A stretch of DNA of 64,000 nt from Eledone cirrhosa. Lineage: Eukaryota. Below are positions 39,263-51,931 of the stretch, piece by piece. Numbering within the stretch: the stretch's first letter is position 1; each line of letters opens with the position of its first letter. The translations under genes were made by a program, and so were the position numbers. The DNA is taken from NCBI GenBank assembly GCA_964016885.1, contig OZ024746.1:36394001-36458000 (forward strand), given 5' to 3'. Under the pieces are notes generated by a model. The model was given only the letters and a program-made list of their open reading frames with translations. It had not been told where the DNA came from and made no database searches.

Positions 39263-39729
39263 CAGAATTTAACCTCGAACATAACTGTATACGAATATAT
39301 ATTTGAATTTCGCATTTCTAAAAATTATGGTATGGTATGTTTATAAATATGCATTTAGAAACCTGTAGTTCCACAACCATAACTACGCAAACCCACTAGC
39401 TGCTATCGTCACCTAGCGGTGCCCAGCGGGAGCAAGGGGGACAGTTTGCGACCCACTTTTAACTCGACTGCTTCTTGTCAGTACAATCTCACCCGCACTT
39501 GCTGGCGAGAATATATCATTTTCTCGTGTGTGTAAATGAGTGGATTCATCTATTTTGCATATGAAGCTGTACAAGTTGGCTGCACTTATAATAGAATAGA
39601 ATCAGAATTTAGCTTTCGAATATAAGTGTATCGAAATATGTATTTGAATACGTTTTCTTTTAAGAAATACGGTATGTTTATAAATGAACATTTAAAAAGC
39701 CGTAGCTGTGCAAAAGCACTGGCAGCTAA

Positions 39730-39744
39730 CGCCACCTAGCGGTG
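39730..39744 (-). promoter_or_regulatory. Candidate CTCF-binding motif B (also 21590-21604, 55523-55537)
   Basis: Reverse complement caccgctaggtggcg (unit 3: caccactaggtggcg), close match to CTCF core consensus. Confidence 0.5.
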
Positions 39745-42086
39745 TCAAGCAGGAGCAGGGTGGGGGGTGGGGCAATCGACAATGTATTTCGAACTCAACT
39801 GGTTACAAAATTCAATTATATACATTTATATATTAAATGACAAAAATATCTGCAAAACGTTTGACACCCAGATATGCTAGCTCTGTTGAAAAAATGTGGA
39901 AAATGTAGCCCACAAGGTTAGTGGTTGCAAGAGATATGGGTAAAACAATACAAGCTCCGCCATCATAAAGTCTAGAATTACCTTTATTTGCTTCTGTGTC
40001 GTAAAATTCAATACTGCGTCATTGCTAATTGGTATATAAATGCTTCTTGTAAGGCAATGTTGGTGGATGTGAAAGTAACGATATTCTGAGATATTCTAAG
40101 ATTATTATGTTTAAACTGATAGAGTAATTAGTCATCGCTAACACCAAATTATTGTGTTAAACATAGAAGACAAATACTTTCAAATCATAAAAGTGCTCAT
40201 ACCAACTGCCAAGAGTAGTGTGAGTAAGAAATTGGAAAAAAAATCATCAAATACTCTGAATTGAAAGAGAGGCTGGCAAGACTATTTGGGTTTTGTGAAA
40301 GGGATACATGCTGCGATACGAAAATTACGGTCAATGCCACCGAAACTTCAAGATGACTTAAAGCAACTGGGAATATCATAATAGTTGGGTATACTATAAA
40401 CAGGGGTTTGGCTAGGTACTGCGCTTATTTTAAGGAAAGTGTTATATACCTGAGGTACACGTTGTTACTTGACAGTTGACAAAATAGCCAGTACATTATC
40501 CATTTGAACTTATTGACAGAGCGATAATAATAATTGGTTATACATTTGGCACAAGGCCAGCAATTATCCCAGTGCACTACTGGTACATTAATTTAACGAC
40601 CCCGTAATGTAACCTCGGCAGGATTTTAACTCAGACGGTAATAGGTCGTAACTCTATGATGCAAAGCATAGCGTCCGACCCTCTACCGTTACTACCAACC
40701 CAACGCGCTTAATAATAACGATGTTGTTTTGGTTTTCTACATATCTAAAACAATTGTGATATAGATTTTATTGATATAGATTTTATTGCAAATGGTATAT
40801 CCCGCTATCAGTAAGTATGGCTCAAATATTACATTTTTTATTTAGCATTTATATTCAAAAAGAAAATGTTTAGAAGTAAACCACTATGCGTACAGTAAAC
40901 ACAACAGCCAAATAACTGCAATTTCACCAACACCCCACCAGCAACCATGCATAATAATAATTATTATTATTTTATCTTAAGATTTCTCAGAATGTTTAGT
41001 TAAAAATATTAAGGAAGGTTGTCAATATGTTTATTAAATATAAGTAACAAACCACAAAACTAATGAACGGAACCTAGACAAAATAATAAATAACAAAATT
41101 CATCAAATAAAGACAACGTTGTAATTGTCTATATAAATTAAGTCGAGACAAACAGACAACAACAACGCCATAACTTCAAAAACACAACCCCAACTCCACC
41201 ACCACTACCACTCCATAATTGCCACTATCACTACTACCCCACAAGCTTCTGTTAACTTAAGAAAATATAACATACAATTTGCTGAGAACGAGAGGGAAGT
41301 AACACTAGACAAGAGGAGAAAGGAAGAAGCTTCAAAATGTTATCAAAACTGACAAAATGACCCGGTTAAAATGAGATTTTGAACATCTCGATATTAACAG
41401 CTACAATTGCACACATATACCCCCCCCCCCCCACATACACAAGAGAACTCCGCATCCCACCTCCGGAAATATTATTTTAAATATACGCAACTGTACGTTA
41501 AAACTTTTACTTATTCAGTTCAGAGTTAAATTCAGAATCGCTATTCCTCGTTAAAATATGGGTTTATCGCTATTCTTCTTTAAAATATAACGTTTATTTA
41601 GTTAATCCGTATTAAATACGTATTAATTATAAATTTGATGAGGATATGTTACTGAATTCTAACAAATATTTTGCTGTAAGGATGTGTAATCCCTTGTTTA
41701 AATCATTAAGATATCGTTTCAAAATTGTAATTTATATTACCGAGCTAAATGAATTAAGTACACCAACCGAAAGTGTTGAGTTATTGTGTTTTTGTGAAGA
41801 ATGAACACATATTTTATAGTATTTCGTTCTATATACAGATTCATTAAATATAGCAATCAATGCTAGTTTATTTGAGGTATGTTCATTTACTGAATTGGTA
41901 TCACTGATATTTGCATTACATAATACAATGATTTAATTAGCAACTATTGACATTTGAGATAGTGACTCCCATATAACCCCAATGACATACCATTTGAATC
42001 TTCAATGACAATTGAGGCATTTGATATTATTGATAATGAAGAATCGCGACAGGAATTGATGATGATGAGAACGATTTTATTATGTA

Positions 42087-42997
42087 CTAGCAGTAAAGCC
42101 CGGCGTTGCTCGGGGTCGCTCAGTAGCTGTGATAAAGTTACAATGTTAAGTTTCTTTCTTGGCTTAAAAACTGTAGTGTCTACTGTGCAGACTTGCATGT
42201 GGTGTTTTTGATTAATATTCCCTCAACCAACAATATGCCTTATGAAGTTAAGAAAACATAACGATAACCCGAATGTTATAACAAAAGAGGATGCTGGGGA
42301 TAGAAACTGCACTGGTTATTTATTAACAAAGATCGAAAATGTAAACACTGCAACGCAGAGAAAAACATTAGCGTAACCAAATTATCAGTTATGTCTGTCT
42401 GCACGCCTATATCACCTCTCTGCACGACTGTCTGTCTGCACGCCTATATCACCTCTCTGCACGACTGTCTGTCTGCACGCCTATATCACCTCTCTGCACG
42501 ACTGTCTGTCTGCACGACTGTCTGTCTGCACGCCTAACGACGAAATATTTGCTTGTTTTACGTAGTCTTTAAATAGACTTGTTTTCAAGTAAAAATATTG
42601 TTTTAAAATGCTTTTAAATGGAAATGAAGCAAAACGGAAGCTTAGTGTTCGAACTGATGAATTTTGCAGGTCAATATTGTGCTGGCTCGACAACTGTTCG
42701 TGTATTGTGTTAATGTCATTTTAAACGCTGAGAAAGCCAGCGTATTTTTTTACGTAAGACGCTCAATGTAAACAGAACAAAGGGAAATAACTGATAACTT
42801 ACGCTCAAAAATCGATACATTATATTCGATTTCGTCACATAGGGTGGGTCAATTTGAAATATTTTTTTTCCGATGTCTTCGCTAAGGCTTAATGTACAAG
42901 TATAGCAATTTCGGTGCAATTCCGTCAGAGATTCTAAGAGGAGATGTGTGCCAAAAATCGATAGACAGACAGACAACCACAGTTTTATATATATAGA
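42087..42997 (-). mobile_element. Non-autonomous Helitron, duplicate copy
   Basis: Same termini and flanks as 23943-24853. Confidence 0.92.
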
Positions 42998-43660
42998 TAA
43001 CGACGCTGATTAGGATGAGAGTGAAAACTATGATGATGGTTGTAATAATGATGAAGATGTTGCTGCTGTTTCTGCAGTTATCAATTGATGATACACAGTA
43101 TAAAGGAAGGAATTTACGTTCACTCCTTCATACATTATATATTCTTGAATTTTTAATAAGATACTTGCCTGTAACAGTTCATCACATTGATGCGTTCGTT
43201 CACAGATTTAGAAATACTCAGTCTCTGGAGAACACTTAAAAGGCCGAAAGTTGAGACTCTCTATATAAAATTATAACGACTGATGATATATTGAAGCAGA
43301 AAACGACATGTACTGTCACTCACCTTAAGGAATGATTCTTCACCGACCTGTGGCCCCTGCCCTGAGGCACTTTAACCCATCACAAACATTAACAGCAGAT
43401 GACAGCTTGAAAAGCAGTTTAGCGTTGAATTTTACGAATCACATAATGGGATACAGTCAATATAAATGGTGGTGGTGGCGTGGGGTGCTTATGAATGTAT
43501 ATCCTATAACATTACATATGTAATAATAGGGTGAAGACTCATTATATATATACATATATGTTACATCGAAGTTGACCATACGGAAGGACCAGTTCTATCC
43601 AGTGGTGAACCAACAATCCTAAATAATATACATATATATATAATCCTTGAAAGGTTTATT

Positions 43661-43718
43661 ATACTATGATCATTTCAATGACCGGGTACAGTATGAATCC
43701 GGTGACATCATCAGGTAT
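43661..43718 (-). ncRNA. Type I hammerhead-like motif with intact core (family E)
   Basis: Reverse complement atac-CTGATGA-tgtcaccgg..ccggtcatt-GAAA-tgatca-TA-gtat; unit 1 copy (25512-25569) has CTAATGA. Confidence 0.65.
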
Positions 43719-45698
43719 TCAAAATATAACAAAGGAATATAACAGATAAAATCCATGGGCTGAAAATCAGAGACAAGAGGACGATCGACCATATAACAGC
43801 TTCTACCTCGGTCGGCCGCCCTCAACTGTTGATTATTAAGTCTACCTATGACAATCTAGTGAGGGGGATGCAAGCTTATAATGTGCTACTCCCTGCCCGT
43901 CAAAGAGAAATGTCAGCGTTGAGGTCATGCTTCAAACAAGCTGATCATGCGTACCAGAAAGTGCCGCGAAAAATGTTTTTTCAAAGAACATATATCTTCA
44001 ACAAAGACATATATAGTCGGCGTCTGTCTGGTACAATGTGTGGAGAGAAATTTCAGTTAACAATTAGAAAGGTTAAACTTATGTTTAGAGTTATAGGATG
44101 AAATTAGAAAAATAAGGTTTAATGTTTGGGTTGTGAAATTTAGTTAAAGGATTTACAAAAGGAGGGTTTTATGAAAAAGATTATAGATAGTTACGATATA
44201 TTTTCAGGGTAGGATATAGAGTAAAGATTAAGCCCCAGCTTAGCGGTCAATAACCAGCGGCGACTGCAGACCGCCGGACAACCCCCCCCCACACACACAC
44301 ACACCCACACACACCCACACCCTAACTAGGTGCCAGTAACTCCACCCCCCTAACTAAGCGCCAGCCGTTCCGAGCAATATCGTCTAGCGAAAGAAATGGA
44401 AATTCATTTATCCGAGCACTCCAGGAATGTAACTGTCTTAGGCGACGGGTGTGTTGGCGGTAGGTCCGCCACCGCCGGCTGGCCATCGTATATATCAAAC
44501 GATTATTAGTAATTCACACAGGAAGGGGATTTAGTTAAGTGGTAGCTGAAGGAGGCATGATAGAGCTAATAGTTATAATTAAGCCTAGAATTTCAAGGTA
44601 TTATTTGGCCGTCAGAGCCGGCGGCACGGTGGGTGCCAGTCTGACAGGGCCCCAGGGTGAAGCAGCCGTACCGTGTTATTTGGTTTAACGAAAGAAGGGG
44701 AAATTAATTGTTCCAAGCACTCAAGGAAGGCTGATCTACCCGAGCGCCTGGCGTGCAGTCGGCAAAGCCGCCACTTCTGTCGGATCATTGCGTGTTCCCA
44801 AACGATTATTATTTATTCACATCCATTGATGTGAGGTGAAATCCGCAAATAGACTATACTTAGGCCCCATTTAGTCCGGGTTATATGTAGTGTGGTTCTT
44901 AGGTGAGTAGGGGGAGTGCCTAAAGATAAACATATATAAGGGTACGGAGAGTAATATTCTAGGGTCGTGTGCTAATGAGCACAATGATAGGTATATAATG
45001 AAAGTAACGCGAGTAAATAAATACATAAATAAAAGGAATAATAAGCAAAATACATAAATAAAAATACATAAATAACATGCAGTCATAACTAGGGTGGTGA
45101 TGCATAGAGTAAAACGGAAATATATAAGAACATATCGAAGAAATCAAAACACACACACACACACACATACACAACACACACATATATATATATATATATA
45201 TGAATGTATATATAGTGTATTTTGCAATACACTTTATGCTTAATTAAAAACATTTTGAAGACGGTATGCTATTGTTTTAGAGTAGTAACATACTCACTTA
45301 TTTTAATTTCAGCAAACAGGGGGAGATAAAGCTGGCAAGGCCTTGTTTCTGCATGTATTGATGCTTATCAAAGCCAACTACTCCTCCCGTCCGCTGAAAG
45401 ACCGGCAACTGCTGTGTATAATCAGTTCCTGATTATTTATTAGAATGTTATAAGAACATAACATCCGTAATTGCAGCGGACGGGAGGAGTAGTTGGCTTT
45501 GATAAGCATCAATAAATGCAGAAACAAGGCCTTGTCAGCTTTATCTCCCCCTGTTTGCTGAAATTAAAGTGAGTCTGTCACTACTCTAAAACAATAGCAT
45601 ACCGTCTTCAAAATGCTTTTAATTGAGCATAGAGTGTATTGCAAAATGCACTATATATACATTCATATATATATGGCTATTTCAGAGCACCAATTCTA

Positions 45699-45814
<116 letters not shown>

Positions 45815-46000
45815 TTATAGTTATATATATATATATAATTATGGAACGTTGTGTGCGTGTTGTGTTTGTATTTGTGTGTTATTGTTTATGTACATTGTAC
45901 ATCGATTTTTTTTTATGTGCAGGTGCCTATGTTTATATAGAAAGTGAAATAGATACTTACATGCGTATATATTTGAATGACCTAGTAAATTGAAATCAGG

Positions 46001-46909
46001 CTAGTTATATATTGGTTTTAATATGTATACAGCCTGTCTTTTAATTTTGCCTTTTCGGAAACATAACTCTTTGAAATGATTGCGGAACTCTCTGTTCGTA
46101 ATGTTGTAACATATAAAGTTGACACTGTTATTAGTTAGAGAAAAAATATTCAAAATAATCAGTATGTGTAATTTGTAAGTATCGTCTTCACTCTGAATCC
46201 TTATTGCAAACATACAAATGAATATAGGAAATGTTGTGAGAAGAAATAAACTATTGAGAGCAATCACGATGCGAATAGTATTTCGTGCACGGCTTCAATC
46301 TCTGTTTTGGATATTTTGTCGAATGTTTGGTCGTTTAAACACTTTATAAATCATTACTATAGAACTAGTAATTATAAGCAACGCTGGTATGAATGCATAT
46401 ATACATGCTGTAGCACGTGCAATATATTGTTTAGTCTTTAGCAAGTAACCAATTATTATGTTTGATATAAAAGCACAAATGAGAAGGACTAATGTTACAA
46501 TATATGGTTTAAATGTACTAAACGTAAAACGGTGAGAAAAGAGACAGTAAACCGCCAATAAACGTTCCACAGATATAATAACTAGTATCCACGAGGAACA
46601 CGTAACTGAAATATTACACATTCCATCAAGCACCTCGTTGTCACTATATGCCTTTTCCATGCTGAAATTCTGATTACTACACGAAAACCATATATATCTG
46701 GTTGTATTTGTCCAAACTACAGATAGATCCACGAGTGCCAGGCATATTAAATACGGAGCCATTTTAGACTGACGCTTTTGTTTCCTGCAAAATGTCCCAA
46801 CAACTGCCAAATTAGAGAAAGTTCCAAAATCCAACATCATCATGGAGCCATACCGTATAATACTAATTGCAACATTTTTGTTGTAAACAAACAGACTATT
46901 GTTGAACAT
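46001..46909 (-). pseudogene. GPCR2b, duplicate with the same in-frame TGA (46295-46297) and deleted upstream region
   Basis: Translations identical to 27852-28760. Confidence 0.9.
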
Positions 46910-47685
46910 TATTAATATTATTGCTTATTGGTTTTTGTTAATATTACTTAGTACCAATTTTTATAAACAGAACTGCAGACACTAATGTTTCTGGCCTATT
47001 AGCCTACATCAGTGCAGTTTACTGCTCACATGACAACTGTCCGGTGCTTTGAAGGATGGCCTTGAAAAAAAGCAGATTAAGTAAATATTTTGCACATCCC
47101 ACAGATTAACTTGTTTCTAGTGGCAATGACTTTGTTGGATCATTCACCCATTTTGGTTCTGCCGATAGTAAAATTTGGTGCAAACATGAGCCAGCACTGT
47201 TGTACAGAAGACCTGTCTTTCTATTAATAGAGTTCTAACTCTTGAATTGAGCTATTGACTGCCAGGCATTACCCCAGTATTTTAGGTGCAAGTACACACT
47301 GACAAATAAAACTATGTATCCACATATACATTACATTTTTTTCCAGTTTTACACAAACACACACACTATATATGTATATTGAATGAAAACAGTTTAAAGA
47401 CAAAACATTAAAATGTCTAAAGATGAAACAAGAAATAACATTTAAATAAATAAAAGGCATATATTGAAATACAGACGGATGTACACAAATTATGAGGGCG
47501 GTTGACTCTCTCATTAGCTAATCCGCCGTTTTTTTAAATGATTCATCATGTTGCCTGTTCAAACATCACCCTCTTCTCCAAGCAATCTGTGTGATGTTGC
47601 CAGTTTAGTCACCGACGAACCGACAATGTGGCTGGTTATAGTAGTTTTCATGTTACCAGTAGCACGTTAGAGTGACCTGTCATAA

Positions 47686-47750
<65 letters not shown>

Positions 47751-47905
47751 ATACTTTGGGAGGGTCATGTTGCCAATAAGAAACACACGCACCAGTTGCT
47801 TTCACTTTAATTTATTATAATAAATGTATAAATTTAGGAATTTATAAATTTATAAATTTCTGGTTGGTGGGTTGGTTCCACAAATAGATAGTTGTTTATA
47901 TATTG

Positions 47906-48895
47906 TCAAAGGTCTTTCCTCACATATTCTGTGACCTCTTCAGTGACTGGAGATTCTTTTCTTTGTTTTTGTGCCTCTCCTTTGTTCTGTCCTACGCCAT
48001 TTTGGTTTTCAAAACAAAATGGCTTCCGTTTCTTCTTTCGTACACAAATGGATATCACATTCTCGCGGAAATGTTTACTCACTATGAAATACAAAATAAA
48101 ATTAATACTGTTATTAATAAGAGCTAGTGTGCTCAACATAACAGTAAGTACATCAAGATTGGCATCGTCTTCAAATGTAATTTTAAATGTATATATTGTC
48201 ACAGGGAATGTTGTTAGCAGAAAGACAACATTTATAGTTATTACAAGGTAAATTGTTTTACGGGTTTGTTTCTCAATATTGGGCTGAAAATGTTCCCCTA
48301 GATTTGGTCGGTTATGCAATTTATATATCATAATGATAGAGCTCGTAATTAAAAAGATTGCTGGTATGAATGAATACATAATAACTATAACCAGGAATAC
48401 CTTATTTGTACGTTCTATTTTGTAACCTATTATGTTGCATACTATAATATCACAAAGAAAAATAATGCACAATATTATGTATGGAATATATTTTTTTCGA
48501 CGATAACGTTGCGAAAATGGACAAAATACTACCCAGAGTCTTTCTAAAGAAATAGCGACAGTTATCCATGAGGAATATGTAGGAAGTATTACAGTGAGCA
48601 TGTTATAGAATCGACATTTTAGAAAAGGAACTTCTATTTGATAAGCAAACGCTAGAAATTGTGTACAATTCATCCATATTGTAATTAAATCTGTAAAAAG
48701 AAGACATAGAAGATATGGTGCGATATTGGTCTGACGCATTGGTTTCAGACAAAATGTTAAAATGGTTATTAAATTTCCGATAGTACCAAAACATATTTCA
48801 ATTATGCAACCATACCGTATACAATTTATCATCAGATTATTTGTCTGATTTAATATCTGACTTCCATTGTCCATTGTATTGTAGCTATCCATCAT
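47906..48895 (-). CDS. Intact intronless class A GPCR (GPCR3b), ~329 aa
   Basis: Same as GPCR3a except E>Q (KET/KQT) and K>I (NVKS/NVIS). Confidence 0.93.
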   Translation of the reverse strand: MMDSYNTMDNGSQILNQTNNLMINCIRYGCIIEICFGTIGNLITILTFCLKPMRQTNIAPYLLCLLFTDLITIWMNCTQFLAFAYQIEVPFLKCRFYNMLTVILPTYSSWITVAISLERLWVVFCPFSQRYRRKKYIPYIILCIIFLCDIIVCNIIGYKIERTNKVFLVIVIMYSFIPAIFLITSSIIMIYKLHNRPNLGEHFQPNIEKQTRKTIYLVITINVVFLLTTFPVTIYTFKITFEDDANLDVLTVMLSTLALINNSINFILYFIVSKHFRENVISICVRKKKRKPFCFENQNGVGQNKGEAQKQRKESPVTEEVTEYVRKDL

Positions 48896-50612
48896 GAGAT
48901 ATGTCAAAAAATCCTTTGCAAAATATCAAATTAGTAAATATGCGCACAGCTAATATGAATCAATGTTGTATTTCAGCATGATAATTCTGGATTGAAAATT
49001 ATTGGATTGAAATTGAACGTGATGATATGTTAAAATTATCTGTTTGTAAATATTGTTAAGATGCTTACCATAATATAATGTGCAAATCACAATTTATTTC
49101 AGTCTTTCGTAAACATTACTACTTCGACAAAACGAACTCTTCTCAGAGACGAAACGTATCACTTTGTGTTTGACGTAACTTTCAATATTCTGAGTTAAGG
49201 TTTATGTATATATCAGAAGAAAATGAAATCCAAAAATCTGTATTTACCCCAACCGTATATATGACTCGGGCTGCTACATATAATAACGATATTTACTGAA
49301 AGAGCTATGCAAATTATTTCTGTAAAAGTCATTATCGATGTTGTCATGCAAGTAAATTGTTAATCAATAGATATTAATGAAAAATATCACTGGATTGGTG
49401 GAATACATTTCTATCATATTACACGAAACCACGGTTACTATTATAACCGTTATACTTTGTACATTTAAGATATTTCCCGTACACATGGTCATGAACGCAT
49501 CAAATGAAATTCCGGATGAATTCTGAAATTGTTAGACTATTTTTCTTAAATAATATGCGTTGACATTCGTGCTAACATTTAAAGGCCGGATCAGTGGCAG
49601 AAGACCAAATTAACACAACAGAATAAAAACAAAGACAATGAATTACAGAAATATTACCGAAACACGCGTCCCAGTAGATCAGCGGTCGCCAGCCTTTCTA
49701 AAACCGAGGAACCCTCTAAATATTTTGAATTCTTCACGGAACGTATACAAAACAAAACTTTTCAAAAAAAATAATAAAGTATTTATTTATTTTAGTGTTT
49801 CATGCGCCTGTATGTAATCGAACACGATGGCTTTTCTGCTGCTGCGCCATATCAGTGTGTTTAGAAAATCGAGGTTCAACACTAGTTAATGCCAGTCTCA
49901 TACACTCGTCAATTGCTGACAGTTTATTCCTCTTCTACTGAGTAGATAACAATATCCATAAACAAGGCCTCATAAATCTTATAAATATTTACTAGTATCC
50001 ATCATACTTTTGCCGCACGTTTAGGTAAATGTTTAGTTTCAAACATGTAGTTGAAATAAAATGCCTTAATTTCATGACCATTGTGTAACATTATTATTTC
50101 CACGTAAAAGATGATACCTTGACACACAAAGCTTGACTTGTTAAATTCTAAGATTGACTTATATAGGTGATCAATGGGAACATTGCATATTTTTGGACCG
50201 AATATTACATGAGATCAAATATTCGAATTTTATATGAGAGCAACTACTACTGAAGTACATACTGTATATATAAAGATAGGGGACGGGTAGATGAGGTGAA
50301 AGAGACATACAGACAGAGATAATTGATTAGTTAAAAAGCATTGGGAGCATTTGAATCGGGCGTGTCTCGACACAAATGACTATGATAATATCTAAGAACA
50401 CAGGTTAAACAGTAGTTAACAAAAGATATTTAATATATATGAATAAAACAGACGAACATTTCATTGTATTTACACATGCGCGCCCACCTACCTATGTATA
50501 TACGCGCTAAACTAATATACTCTTTCGTGTACTGTGCCGTATGTTTAGTAATTATGTTTACATTTTACACATATACACCCCCCCCCCCACACCCATATAT
50601 ATATATATATAA

Positions 50613-50681
<69 letters not shown>

Positions 50682-51208
50682 GAAATTACATGAATCAAAG
50701 TTCAGTTTAAATCATTTATATGCTTACAATTGTTTCCTCCAAACCGAGGTTTGTATTCTTCGGAGCAACTATTTAGTGATTTTTCACATACTTGACCTCC
50801 TATTTAGAGTTTAAATATATATAACCATAAAGTGGTTTTATTATATACATAACCATAAATAGTATCCTTAATACTATATATATATATATATATATCTATA
50901 TAGGAGGTGAGTTTTATTGTAGTACAGTAAAGCAATGCAGATATCGCATAAGTAGCACTCTACAGTTTGTAGGACTGGAGTATACATAATATATAGGATC
51001 AAAAGATGGGTAAATTAGTTCCATGTATTTTATTATGCGCATCTCAAAAGGTTGATTTAAAACTGCAGTATCCACAAGTGTTTTTTAACCTTCATACCAT
51101 GTCCTCCTACTTTATCTGATGAAAACACAAATGTTATTGCATGATGATATTTGTTTTTAAAATGCGCATAATAAAATACATGGTACTAATTTAACCATCT
51201 GTTGATCT

Positions 51209-51307
<99 letters not shown>

Positions 51308-51668
51308 TGAGAAAGCAGTGCAGAGGTTATCAACTTAAGAAAATGCAATAAATACATATAAGTTAATCAGTCGTATGCAATGTACACAGATGAATACTCA
51401 TAAGTGTTAATTGATAAAAGCAGGCCCTGTTAGTGAGAGTAATTGTAAACATGCACACCTAATATTTTATTAGGTGTGTTCATTCAAAGTGTTTGATGGA
51501 TAAAGGAAATGCGTGATTCGGAAATATTTCCTGTTGTAACTCACACAACTTGTTTAACTATTACTTATGGGTGTCTGCATTATGCTGAACATGTTAATAA
51601 ATGTATACAGGGGCCAGTCGTCTAAGAAGCAATACCACGCGTTCGGCCGAACCCCTGTATATATATAT

Positions 51669-51721
<53 letters not shown>

Positions 51722-51931
51722 AAAACGTATGAACACGACCGCATAGCTCAAGCCGTTTCGACGGCTATTTCTGGACTACTATTTAGTATTTGGACAACTA
51801 TTAAGTATGCATCTGTGTATATATATGTTACTAGATATACTAATTCTGTATATATATATATATATATATAACAAAGGAATTGCGGCAAGGAGCCAGATGG
51901 ATAAAATATATATATATATATATATATATAT

